A stretch of DNA of 64,000 nt, taken from Candidatus Latescibacterota bacterium. GTDB taxonomy: Bacteria; Latescibacterota; UBA2968; UBA8231. The stretch covers positions 1,536,001 to 1,600,000 of the forward strand of contig CBDFJF010000001.1 of NCBI GenBank assembly GCA_965248265.1, given 5' to 3'. The notes under the pieces were generated by a model. The model did not search any database. It worked only from the letters and a program-made list of their open reading frames with translations, and was not told where the DNA came from. A program made the translations under genes and the position numbers. Below are positions 48,607 to 57,248 of the stretch, one piece after another. Numbering within the stretch: the stretch's first letter is position 1; each line of letters starts with the position of its first letter.

Positions 48607-48961
48607 AGGCTGTTGACCCGTAACTACCTGTGCCCGTTCTTCTTACACACAGGGCGCGTGATGTTGGAAGACCTCTCGCGCTACCCTGAGTGGTGGCGAT
48701 GCCGCTGGGGTTTGAGACCCCACCAGGCTTGTCACGCCGCCCCTGTCGCAAGTGACATAGCGGCGGATGGCGTTGCAGTAGAGGCACCTCGCAAAGGCAA
48801 CGACTGGACAAGCTTCCTCCGAAGCCCCAGACGACCTGCGCGAATCTCCACTACAACGTCCCCGCTCCGACCTGTCTCGAGCAGGAAGGAGCAGACCACA
48901 CACGTAAACGACATAGCTCGTTTTCGTGGCCGGTCACGAAGCGAGCATTGAGAGAAATCCA

Positions 48962-49045
48962 ATGTTCCGCTTCAAAATCCGGGTTTCTATCAAGCTGTCG
49001 AAAGCCTGGCGAGCTCTATTCGCCGTCGCTTTCGGCCTTGAATGA
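48962..49045 (+). CDS. 27-aa basic/hydrophobic peptide
   Basis: MFRFKIRVSIKLSKAWRALFAVAFGLE; GAGAG upstream; terminator 15 nt downstream. Confidence 0.4.
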   Translation: MFRFKIRVSIKLSKAWRALFAVAFGLE

Positions 49046-49060
49046 TTCCCGGCACTGTGT

Positions 49061-49095
49061 GGCGGTGAGGGCTTCGGCCTTCATCGCCTTTTTTT
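49061..49095 (+). terminator. intrinsic terminator
   Basis: GGCGGTGAGGGC-TTCG-GCCTTCATCGCC followed by T7. Confidence 0.85.
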
Positions 49096-49332
49096 GATGC
49101 GGCGGGAGCCGGGACCCCAAGGCCACCAGATTTCTCTGAAACGGCTCCCGCCACACTTTCATCCCGGCTCGACGCCTCTATACGCCTGGCCAGAACGAGA
49201 AAACGGGCGTCCCCTGTTTGGTGATAGAGGACACCCGTTATTTGATAGTGCTGCTGTCTGGGCGGTTCTGCAAACCGCCTTTCGAGGGAAATCTACAAAA
49301 TCAGAACGCTCCCAGTCAAGAGGTGCTGCACG

Positions 49333-50103
49333 TTACTTCGCCGCCCACTCGAGTATGGACGCCGCCATACCCCCCAGAATCACACCGGCCGCCATGGTTC
49401 CGAAGTGCGGCGGCAGCAACGTCTGCAGCTGAGACAGTCGCGTGAAGGCGATTGACGGCTGCCATTGGACGACCCCGCCGTTGTAGCTCCAGTTGAGCCG
49501 GGTCCACATCGCCGAATACATGATCAGCGCCGTCAGGATGGCCGCGATGGGCCAGATTGCCGGCCCCATGTCCGGACGCCCGGGCAGCAGGAGCAGGGCC
49601 GAGCCGGATTGGGTGGCCAGATTGGTGAGGAGGAACCATTGGCGCATGAGGACGCCGTAGACGACGAACCAGACCGCCGACGACGAAGTGAAGGCGAAGG
49701 ACCAGTCGACGACGGAGCGGTCGAGGAGAAGCCAAGTGGCGGTAACGAACCAGGAGGTGGCCACCGCGGCAATACAGGAAGCGGCAGCGGCGAGCTTGGC
49801 GGCCGTGTTCTTGCGCTTGGTGCGATCATCGACGATCTCGGCGATGACGAGATCGTCCACCTTGCAGCGCAGGGCCTGGGCGATGTAGAACAGCGAGCCG
49901 AAGTCCGCCTGTTCCAGCGACGACCCCTCGTAGTGCAGGACCCGCGACAGGTTTTGCCGAGTCATATCGCAGCGCTCAGCCAGCTGGGCGTCAGATGGAA
50001 TTCCCAACTCCTCACGCCGCTGACGGACGTACTCCTTGTTCACACGCACGAGCCGTGCGCCTTTTTTCAGGGGCGATGCGCTTTTCTTCTTGTGCTTGGC
50101 CAT
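49333..50103 (-). CDS. XRE-family HTH regulator fused to a multi-pass membrane domain
   Basis: AQLAERCDMTRQNLSRVL...LFYIAQALRCKVDDLV, then about 5 hydrophobic segments. Confidence 0.8.
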   Translation of the reverse strand: MAKHKKKSASPLKKGARLVRVNKEYVRQRREELGIPSDAQLAERCDMTRQNLSRVLHYEGSSLEQADFGSLFYIAQALRCKVDDLVIAEIVDDRTKRKNTAAKLAAAASCIAAVATSWFVTATWLLLDRSVVDWSFAFTSSSAVWFVVYGVLMRQWFLLTNLATQSGSALLLLPGRPDMGPAIWPIAAILTALIMYSAMWTRLNWSYNGGVVQWQPSIAFTRLSQLQTLLPPHFGTMAAGVILGGMAASILEWAAK

Positions 50104-50124
50104 CTCACCGCGTATCGTATTGAA

Positions 50125-50144
50125 TGTCCTCGTTAATGAGGACA
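50125..50144. promoter_or_regulatory. palindromic operator candidate
   Basis: TGTCCTC-GTTAAT-GAGGACA between a minus-strand TTGACA (50173-50168) and the XRE gene start. Confidence 0.55.
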
Positions 50145-50348
50145 AAGAAACAATGGGAGACGGGGGGTGTCAAGTACGAACAGCGGGGGGATTACCAACG
50201 ATTGTGACAGAGATCACATTGCCAGAGAAAGACGGCCAACAGCTACAGAGAACGGATAAGCCGCTCCGGCCAAAACCTGATTTCCTGTTGCCAGGGAGTC
50301 GATCGCGATGTTTATTGAGCCAACAGCCTGCCCCGGCTGAGCGAAACA

Positions 50349-50501
50349 ATGGAGAGAGTGATGTGGTGGGCTACTTTGGCGCTGGGATTAGTGCTCTGGT
50401 GGACTGGCGGATTGGGACAATGGTGGATCACTGCCGCATTCGTGGGGCTTTTAATAGTGCTTGCGGCAAAGCAGAACCAAAGGCGGAAAGAAGAGGAATA
50501 G
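50349..50501 (+). CDS. 50-aa Trp-rich membrane protein
   Basis: MERVMWWATLALGLVLWWTGGLGQWWITAAFVGLLIVLAAKQNQRRKEEE. Confidence 0.55.
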   Translation: MERVMWWATLALGLVLWWTGGLGQWWITAAFVGLLIVLAAKQNQRRKEEE

Positions 50502-50508
50502 GTCCCGA

Positions 50509-50877
50509 ATGAACCGCTACCTGAAACCACTGGCGATCGCCGCGGCGGCGGCTGGCCTAACCCTGCTTGCTGTGTCTGTGTGGGGAGACGATCAGCGGGA
50601 AATGAACGAAGGCAACCCTTGGAAAATGAGTGGGGGATGGCTTGTTTTTCCTGGAATCGTAGAATCTGAAATATCTTATAGATCCGAAACGAGCTTCGTG
50701 ACTGCCACAGGGCTATCATGGCCAGACGGCAGGCAGATGCTCGTCACCTATTACTCAGTCGACCCGCCGCCGGGACAGTTACACCCGGCAATGTTTTGGC
50801 GCTGTCATCAATACTTCGATTCTTCAATGCAGGCCACCGGAAACGAATGCTGGTACCTGGAGCGCCTTAAACGATGA
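50509..50877 (+). CDS. exported/periplasmic protein
   Basis: Signal peptide MNRYLKPLAIAAAAAGLTLLAVSVWG; Cys pair near the C-terminus. Confidence 0.65.
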   Translation: MNRYLKPLAIAAAAAGLTLLAVSVWGDDQREMNEGNPWKMSGGWLVFPGIVESEISYRSETSFVTATGLSWPDGRQMLVTYYSVDPPPGQLHPAMFWRCHQYFDSSMQATGNECWYLERLKR

Positions 50878-50883
50878 TTTGCC

Positions 50884-51054
50884 TCAATCCCCATCACCAT
50901 TCAAGTCCGGCTCGAACTCGGTTAGCTCGATGAGCTTCATTCGGACATACGCAGACAGATTGAGCCCCAGCTTCTTGGCTTCACGCTCAAGATGCTGCTT
51001 CAGCCCTTCGTCTATCCGCAACTGGACAAAGACGTTCTTTTCAGCCACTAACAT
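50884..51054 (-). CDS. ribbon-helix-helix (Arc/CopG-like) regulator, 56 aa
   Basis: MLVAEKNVFVQLRIDEGLKQHLEREAKKLGLNLSAYVRMKL..., the RHH pattern; below the ORF-track cutoff. Confidence 0.75.
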   Translation of the reverse strand: MLVAEKNVFVQLRIDEGLKQHLEREAKKLGLNLSAYVRMKLIELTEFEPDLNGDGD

Positions 51055-51061
51055 ACCCCAG

Positions 51062-51148
51062 AACGTAATACTTCACTGGCCATATTGTCAAGTCCGCCCG
51101 TGTGCTTGTGAAGTTTTACTTGACTTGCGTAGAGAAATGTCATACATT
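51062..51148. promoter_or_regulatory. back-to-back sigma70 promoters (genetic switch)
   Basis: Minus: TTGACA (51091-86), 18 nt, TACGTT; plus: TTGACT (51120-25), 17 nt, TACATT (51143-48). Confidence 0.65.
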
Positions 51149-51259
51149 TAGGTCAGGCATAAAAAGCGGCTGGCCGGGGAATCTTTTAGCGGAGAATCCC
51201 AGCCAGCCAGTCACAATCACCTCACAGAGGGCCTTGGGGTCCTTAGGAAGGCGTTTGTA

Positions 51260-51580
51260 ATGCTGGAATCTACCACACAAACCCACCCGCAGCAAGCTGT
51301 ATCTCCATACCCGCAGTCGCACCTACCCGCACCATCAGAACCCCGGCCCGCACCATCCCGCCGAGACATCCTCAACGCCCAAGCGGCGGGACAGCTTCCG
51401 CCAACCAATCTCACCAAACATCTCGTCCTGGCTGAACTGCCAGACGACGACCCAGAGGAGCAAGATGAGGCGGTAGTGTGCAACGAGTGCGGCGATCTGT
51501 TCCTGGGCGATCTGCGAGAGAGTGAGTGCGAGTCGTGCCAGAAGGAGTACCACCTGGAGAGGGACAGACGACTGATATGA
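51260..51580 (+). CDS. early hypothetical protein with a zinc ribbon
   Basis: CNECG...CESC. Confidence 0.55.
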   Translation: MLESTTQTHPQQAVSPYPQSHLPAPSEPRPAPSRRDILNAQAAGQLPPTNLTKHLVLAELPDDDPEEQDEAVVCNECGDLFLGDLRESECESCQKEYHLERDRRLI

Positions 51581-51608
51581 ACCGAAGACTCCCCAGAAGC
51601 GAGGACAA

Positions 51609-51767
51609 GTGAATGAAGAATTTGATGTCCCATATCCGCCTCAGAAGTCAAAGCACTCACTGCGCAAGCAGCGTGCTCTTCGGCGCCGGCACATGCGCCT
51701 CTACTGGCGGGTGAGAAAGAAGAGCCGAGAGTCCAAGCAGAAGCGAGAAGACGACGACCCCTACTGA
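51609..51767 (+). CDS. 52-aa Arg/Lys-rich protein
   Basis: GAGG SD then GTG; KQRALRRRHMRLYWRVRKKSR. Confidence 0.45.
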   Translation: MNEEFDVPYPPQKSKHSLRKQRALRRRHMRLYWRVRKKSRESKQKREDDDPY

Positions 51768-51780
51768 CAGGAGAAATGAA

Positions 51781-52047
51781 ATGCCAGACACAGAGATACT
51801 CGAACTCGTTAGAAACCGCACCCATGCGACGGGAGTCCCGCTCGCCATTCTGGAGGCACTCGACGCCCCGATAAAGAGGCGGACCGTCTACGACTATCGC
51901 GTCCATCTCGGACCGGACATCACTGAACTCGCCATAGAGAAACCCTTCGAGGTGAAAGCCCAAGCGGAAGAGTTTGCGGACCTGGTAGAAGAGTGCGGAT
52001 GGCGAACTCACATCGAGAGAGAAGAGTTGGAACGATGCACGGGCTGA
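51781..52047 (+). CDS. phage hypothetical protein
   Basis: SD AGGAG. Confidence 0.6.
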   Translation: MPDTEILELVRNRTHATGVPLAILEALDAPIKRRTVYDYRVHLGPDITELAIEKPFEVKAQAEEFADLVEECGWRTHIEREELERCTG

Positions 52048-52147
52048 GCCGAACTGGAAGAGTTGCCCTGGTTGTCGCAAGCAGCCTCAAAATGCTGGCG
52101 TTCGGGTACATCCTCGTCAGCGCATTCATCCCCTTCATCATGGAGAT

Positions 52148-53137
52148 ATGGCCATGAATTTCCAGAAAGCACAGAAGTACGGATCTCATGGGCGCATGGC
52201 GCTCGTGGGGCCGGCGGGAGCTGGAAAGACATACACCGGACTCCGCGTACTCTCGGCTATGTGCGAGAAGATCGCTGTTGTCGACACCGAGCACGGATCT
52301 GCGTCGAAGTACGCGGACATCTTCGATTTCGATGTGCTGGAGCTGGAAAGCTTCGACCCTGCGCTCTACATCGAGGCCATTCAGTCGGCGCAGAGAGCAG
52401 GCTACGACGGACTCCTGATTGACTCTCTGTCACATGCATGGATCGGGAAGGACGGCGCCCTGGAGATGAAGGATAAGGCGTCACAGCGATCCGGCGAGAA
52501 CAGCTTCACGGCTTGGCGTCACGTCACGCCGATTCACACCCGGCTCATCGACGAGATGCTCGGTTGCAAAATGCACCTGATCGTGTCAATGCGATCGAAG
52601 ACCGAGTACGTCATCGAGGAAAACGCCAAAGGGCAGAAGGTGCCGCGCAAGATCGGACTCCAGCCAATTCAACGCGAAGGCATGGAGTTCGAGTTCGACG
52701 TGGTCGGTGACATGGACCAGATGAACGTCCTCAGCATCACAAAGTCCCGTTGCCCCGCGATGTCCGGCCAGATGTATACCAGGCCAGGAGAGGACGTGGC
52801 AGAGGTATTCAGCGCGTGGCTGGACGGAGAAGAGGCGCCGGAGAAGCCGAAGGTGAAGCCGACTGGGGATATGGGGATAGCCGGCAAGAAGCGGTTCCTG
52901 GCCAAAGTCGAGGAATGGATGGATGCGCTCGGCGACCGGTTCAACGAGATCCTCGAAAAGGATTTCGAGCTGGTAGCCGGCGACATGGCCAAGATCACCG
53001 ACAAGGAGCTGGTTGCGGAGATCCATGAAGCCATGGAAGCCGCGATCGAGGCGAAGATCGCAGTAGAAAACAACGGCGAGTCAGGCGATGACGACTTCCA
53101 CAAGCAGCTCGACAAAGAAGAAGCCCGGGCGGCATAG
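52148..53137 (+). CDS. AAA_24/Sak4-like ATPase
   Basis: GPAGAGKT, VDTEHGS, IDSLSHAW, QREGMEFEFD. Confidence 0.85.
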   Translation: MAMNFQKAQKYGSHGRMALVGPAGAGKTYTGLRVLSAMCEKIAVVDTEHGSASKYADIFDFDVLELESFDPALYIEAIQSAQRAGYDGLLIDSLSHAWIGKDGALEMKDKASQRSGENSFTAWRHVTPIHTRLIDEMLGCKMHLIVSMRSKTEYVIEENAKGQKVPRKIGLQPIQREGMEFEFDVVGDMDQMNVLSITKSRCPAMSGQMYTRPGEDVAEVFSAWLDGEEAPEKPKVKPTGDMGIAGKKRFLAKVEEWMDALGDRFNEILEKDFELVAGDMAKITDKELVAEIHEAMEAAIEAKIAVENNGESGDDDFHKQLDKEEARAA

Positions 53138-54067
53138 ATGCCCGGACGTTGGATTCGCTTGGATGTGGATTGGGAAGACTCGGCCTGGCTGGATGCTCTG
53201 CCCGGAGTGGTCTCCGGATGCTGGCCACGGCTGCTTTGCCATGTGAAGCGCACTGGGGTTCGTGGTCGTTGCCGACGTCCGGATCACACCGTGATTGCGC
53301 GACGCTGGAATGTCACGCGTGACATCGTGACAGAGTTGGAGCAAGCAGCACTGGCCGACGATGCACTGCGAATTGAGAGCGGAGAATGGGTGGTCGCGAA
53401 CTGGGAAACATATCAGTTGTACGACGAAACAGGCGCTGAAAGACAGCGGAGAAGGCGCGCCAAACAGAAGAAAAACAGTAACCTACAGGAGTCACGCCGT
53501 GACGGCGTGACAGACCGTGACAGCCGTGATGTCCTGTCGCGTGACATAGACAGAGACAAAGACATAGACAGTACCCCTGTGTCTGGTAGTACTGAGGTAC
53601 CCGGTACAGAGGCGGAATCCGAAACAATCGATGGCGGCGACACACAAGTCATACACTCCCGCGATCCCACCGACGACTTCAAGCCCTCACCGAACTACAA
53701 GCCCAACGAACTGCGCGAGCTGTGGGAGGCCGAAAGGCTCCCCTTCCCTCACTCCGTCCACTGGGCGATACACGAACAAGCCTTGCACCGACTGCACTCA
53801 GAACCTCCGCACTGGTCTCGCAAGGATGTTGAGAGGGCGATCATGCGCCTCGCCGACGACAAGCGCTCGGCCCAGGACTTGGAGTGGGTTTGGCAGAAGG
53901 GGCCGCAGTATCTGGAGCAGCGGGCGAAGGGGTTGCAGGTAATCGAGCACGTCCTGAACTGGAAGTCGCATTCGCAAAAGAGCGAGCCCGGCCGCGAAAC
54001 GACGGAGGAGCGGATAGCGCGTCGTAAAAAAGAGCGCCGAGAGAAGCGCGGGAGAGACGCTGCGTGA
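53138..54067 (+). CDS. phage replication initiator (O-like)
   Basis: WIRLD N-terminus, NWETYQ, AERQRRRR, DIDRDKDID linker; internal iterons. Confidence 0.75.
   Translation: MPGRWIRLDVDWEDSAWLDALPGVVSGCWPRLLCHVKRTGVRGRCRRPDHTVIARRWNVTRDIVTELEQAALADDALRIESGEWVVANWETYQLYDETGAERQRRRRAKQKKNSNLQESRRDGVTDRDSRDVLSRDIDRDKDIDSTPVSGSTEVPGTEAESETIDGGDTQVIHSRDPTDDFKPSPNYKPNELRELWEAERLPFPHSVHWAIHEQALHRLHSEPPHWSRKDVERAIMRLADDKRSAQDLEWVWQKGPQYLEQRAKGLQVIEHVLNWKSHSQKSEPGRETTEERIARRKKERREKRGRDAA
53491..53571. repeat. iteron cluster / putative phage origin
   Basis: Multiple CGTGAC/GTCACG hexamers followed by AGACA repeats inside the initiator gene; also at 53310-53332. Confidence 0.55.
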
Positions 54068-54783
54068 CAATCCTGCGCGACGACGAGCAAGCCCAGGATC
54101 GCATCGAGCAGGCGCTGCTGCTGCACTATGGCCGGATGCTTGAAGACGGCTACGTCGACGATCTGCTCAAGCGTCTTGGCGGAATCGATCCAGGCGTAGT
54201 TGAGCAGGCACTCGACGAACACATCGGTGACACGTCGCCTGGCCACGGCAACCAGCCGATAGGGCATCATCCTCCTTCCGCCGCAAGACTACTGGCGCTG
54301 GTTGAGCGTCTGCAGCCAAAGCAATCCACCGACAAGGACTACCACCACGCTCAGCCGTCGGGGGAGAAGCGTCTTGTGGAGATCCCCGAGAACATGCGGC
54401 AGTACTTCCCCATCCGCGATGCGAAGAGGTTGCCAACCGGCCAATACAAGACGCACATCGAAGTCTACTCGTCGTACTGCCGGGACTGCTCCGACACCGG
54501 CATCGCTCGCTTCTTCCACTCCCGAGACCGCCGCCGCGTGTGGACCACCGAGGAGTTCTGGGAGTTGCCTGAGGCGATGAAGGATCAGCTGAACTCTGCC
54601 TCTGCTGTGTGTGATTGCAGTCGTGGCAGAAATGCTCCTGAAAGGGGGCGTTCGGTAGAGGTGTGGCACGAAGGCCGCCAGAGGCGCGTATCCACGTTCC
54701 CGCGCATGGAGCACATCCGTGAGATGGCCAAGCAGCGCATTGACGAAGACCTCGAGGTGGTGGGCAATGCAGACGCTTTCTGA
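54064..54783 (+). CDS. replication-associated protein (P-like position) with Cys motifs
   Basis: Coupled to the initiator; PPSAA, CRDCSDTG..CDC. Confidence 0.55.
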   Translation: MTILRDDEQAQDRIEQALLLHYGRMLEDGYVDDLLKRLGGIDPGVVEQALDEHIGDTSPGHGNQPIGHHPPSAARLLALVERLQPKQSTDKDYHHAQPSGEKRLVEIPENMRQYFPIRDAKRLPTGQYKTHIEVYSSYCRDCSDTGIARFFHSRDRRRVWTTEEFWELPEAMKDQLNSASAVCDCSRGRNAPERGRSVEVWHEGRQRRVSTFPRMEHIREMAKQRIDEDLEVVGNADAF

Positions 54784-54964
54784 GGGCCAACCTGTGTACT
54801 CACGCTCGCGGCCGTGGTTAAGAAACCTCGTCCTGGTTTACGGGCCGTACAGCGGCAACAGGTGGGCAGTGCAGGTAAACGGCGGCCTGTCGTGGGAGTT
54901 CGAGGGCAAAGACTTGATGCTGAAGCCAGTGAGGAAAATCAATTCCACCCAGAGGGGAACATGA
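54767..54964 (+). CDS. phage hypothetical protein
   Basis: MQTLSEGQ...; overlaps both neighbours. Confidence 0.45.
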   Translation: MQTLSEGQPVYSRSRPWLRNLVLVYGPYSGNRWAVQVNGGLSWEFEGKDLMLKPVRKINSTQRGT

Positions 54965-55563
54965 CGATAGCGAGGTCGAGCATAGGCAGGAACGCATCAG
55001 CGCGTGTAATCCGGAAACCTGGTAAGGGGAGACAAGCAGAAGGACGTGCGGGCGAAGGGGCACCTGCCAAAAGGGGGAGGACACTTAGAACTCCTTTCGC
55101 TCGGCCTCGCATCGTGTCGGCGAGAAAGAAGCGCCGCTTTGAGGAGATGTCTCCGGAAGAGGCCAAGCAGTCGCGAGAAGGGTACATCGCCCTGTGTCTG
55201 GACATCATGCATAACGCCTTCAGCCTCGTTGAGCTGAAGTGGGAGACTCCGGAAAACCAGGAATACCAGGAGACCGTCACGTTCCTGCTCAATGACCAGT
55301 CGCCGGTTCATCAGATCCTGTTTGTCGAGCGGGAGTGTATCGAGCTCGCATTGGGGCGGATCTACAACGGCGAAGAAGTTGCCAACGGCCATGCCGGCCG
55401 CAAACGAAAGAAGGTTTCGGCAGAGCACCTCGATCGGATACTGCGAATGACGCACGGCGATCTGCAGGAAGCGGCCCAGATCCTTGGAGTGAGACCTTCT
55501 TCGATCAGGCGAATGGCTACCAGGCGCGGATTGAACCTCGATGCCTACAGAGGAGCCGCCTGA
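54961..55563 (+). CDS. protein with a C-terminal Fis-like HTH
   Basis: THGDLQEAAQILGVRPSSIRR. Confidence 0.7.
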   Translation: MTIARSSIGRNASARVIRKPGKGRQAEGRAGEGAPAKRGRTLRTPFARPRIVSARKKRRFEEMSPEEAKQSREGYIALCLDIMHNAFSLVELKWETPENQEYQETVTFLLNDQSPVHQILFVERECIELALGRIYNGEEVANGHAGRKRKKVSAEHLDRILRMTHGDLQEAAQILGVRPSSIRRMATRRGLNLDAYRGAA

Positions 55564-55564
55564 G

Positions 55565-55792
55565 ATGGACCAGGGCACTCTCATTCTCAAGGCCCTACAG
55601 CAAGGCCGGAAGCTGACACCGATGGATGCGCTGCAGGAGTTCGGGTGTTATCGCCTGGCGGCGCGCATCAACGAGCTACGGCGCGACCACGACATCAGCT
55701 CAACCATGCACACGAACCACAACGGCAAGCGGTACGCCATCTACGAGCTTGAGTTGGCCACCGATGAGAAGGGGCAAAGGGCGCTTCTATGA
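55565..55792 (+). CDS. small winged-HTH protein
   Basis: LTPMDALQEFGCYRLAARINELR. Confidence 0.75.
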   Translation: MDQGTLILKALQQGRKLTPMDALQEFGCYRLAARINELRRDHDISSTMHTNHNGKRYAIYELELATDEKGQRALL

Positions 55793-56172
55793 CAACAGGC
55801 ACTTACGAGATTCCAGGCATCGGCAATCCAAAGAGGCCAAAGCATGAGGGCGCCTACGCCAGACGCTGCGCTACCAAGCAGTGCAAAGGGCTTCCGTTCA
55901 AGGCGGGGTACTGTGTCAACTGCGGGCCGACTGCGGCGATTATGAAGCTGCTCAAGGCGCTTGAGGCCGGTGCTGTGCTTCGAGCGCGGAAGGAGAAGAT
56001 CCGGACCTACGTAGTGCTGGAACCCCCTGATGGCGAGCCCCCGCAGTGCGTGAAGGAGGTCACACTGAAGGCCGCGGTGAAACGCAAGCTGCTGGTGAGC
56101 ATGGAGGGTTCGCCCGGACGCTATGGGTTCAGGTTGTCCAACAAGGCCACACAAATACTGGAGGCGAGGTGA
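55789..56172 (+). CDS. phage hypothetical protein
   Basis: Cys pairs; ATGA overlap. Confidence 0.55.
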   Translation: MTTGTYEIPGIGNPKRPKHEGAYARRCATKQCKGLPFKAGYCVNCGPTAAIMKLLKALEAGAVLRARKEKIRTYVVLEPPDGEPPQCVKEVTLKAAVKRKLLVSMEGSPGRYGFRLSNKATQILEAR

Positions 56173-56173
56173 C

Positions 56174-56380
56174 ATGAAGAACTGGAGACGCGTCACGGCA
56201 AACAGCCTGCCGAAGTCTGGACGAGTAGTGCTCGCCTATCGCGCAGGACAGTACTTCCTGGCTTCAGTGCAGCGCAACGCCAAGGAGCAACTGAAGTGGT
56301 ACCCAGGCGGGTACGATCTCAAGAAGTTCGATTTCTGGATGCCACTACCACCAGAGCCAACGAAAGGAGCAAAGGAATGA
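56174..56380 (+). CDS. DUF551-like small protein
   Basis: W....LP....VL....WMPLPPEP. Confidence 0.6.
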   Translation: MKNWRRVTANSLPKSGRVVLAYRAGQYFLASVQRNAKEQLKWYPGGYDLKKFDFWMPLPPEPTKGAKE

Positions 56381-56922
56381 CTGCGCTACTGCAACTACCG
56401 ATCACCGAGGAACAGGAAGACGAGCTGTACTCCGAAGCTTTCGGAGACGCACTTTTTCACGGCGAAGGCGACGAGCTGCCGGAGCTGCCAACGTTCGAAG
56501 ATGAGGAGCAGGCGCAGCGATACCTGCGAGCCTACGCGCACTACCGGGAACAGTTCGACCAGGTGTCCGCACTCTTCGACGCCGAGATCGAGCGGATTGC
56601 AGCCCGACAGCAGAAGGAGCTGTCGAAGATCGAATGCCGGGTGGACTTCCTCTCGGCCTCGCTCAAGCGCTTCTACGAGGCGTCAGGAGCCAAGAGGGTT
56701 GTGCTGCCCCACGGCACTCTCTCCCAGCGCAAGCAGCCAGAGCGAGTCGTCATCGAGGACGAGACGACGTTCCTGGAGACGGCGCCGGCTGAGCTGATAA
56801 AGACGATGGCCGCCCCCGACAAAACGGCAATCAAGGAGCACATCAAAACCACCGGAGAGATTCCAACCGGTGTCGACCTGGTGCGCAACGATCCCAAGTT
56901 CACAATCACGCTGGCCGAATGA
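56377..56922 (+). CDS. Gam/Gp157-like host-nuclease inhibitor
   Basis: LPHGTLSQRK, PDKTAIKEHIK.TGEIP.GV. Confidence 0.75.
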   Translation: MTALLQLPITEEQEDELYSEAFGDALFHGEGDELPELPTFEDEEQAQRYLRAYAHYREQFDQVSALFDAEIERIAARQQKELSKIECRVDFLSASLKRFYEASGAKRVVLPHGTLSQRKQPERVVIEDETTFLETAPAELIKTMAAPDKTAIKEHIKTTGEIPTGVDLVRNDPKFTITLAE

Positions 56923-57203
56923 GAAGAGCAACCCGCAGAGAGAAGATCCGGATGTCGAAGATCGTTGACGACGGCTGCATCGTGTGTCGACGTGAGTTCG
57001 AGATCTACACCCCGGCGGGTGTGCACCATTGCACCCGTAGGCAGAAGCGGTCCCATGCGCGCACCATCGCGCTCTGCGACCGGCACCATCAGCACGGCGG
57101 AGAAGGCGTGGCGATTCACCCGTACTGGAAGCTGTTCGAAGAGAAGTTTGGGACAGAGGAGGAGTTGCTCGAGGCGACGAACCAGATGGTGGACTCACTA
57201 TAA
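56919..57203 (+). CDS. Ref-like/DUF968 HNH-type nuclease
   Basis: GCIVC..HH...IALCDRHH...IH...FEEKFGTEEELL. Confidence 0.8.
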   Translation: MRRATRREKIRMSKIVDDGCIVCRREFEIYTPAGVHHCTRRQKRSHARTIALCDRHHQHGGEGVAIHPYWKLFEEKFGTEEELLEATNQMVDSL

Positions 57204-57220
57204 GAACCATTAAAACGCAT
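57193..57220. other. dif-like 28-bp site
   Basis: ACTCACTATAA-GAACCA-TTAAAACGCAT; contains the stop of the Ref-like gene. Confidence 0.5.
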
Positions 57221-57248
57221 TTACGCTGACGTAAACGAAGGAGGAGAA

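Noticed and set aside
48643-48962. Overlapping Cys-containing ORFs upstream of the endolysin
   Set aside because: Two competing frames, neither recognisable; could be a frameshifted zinc-ribbon gene but cannot be supported.
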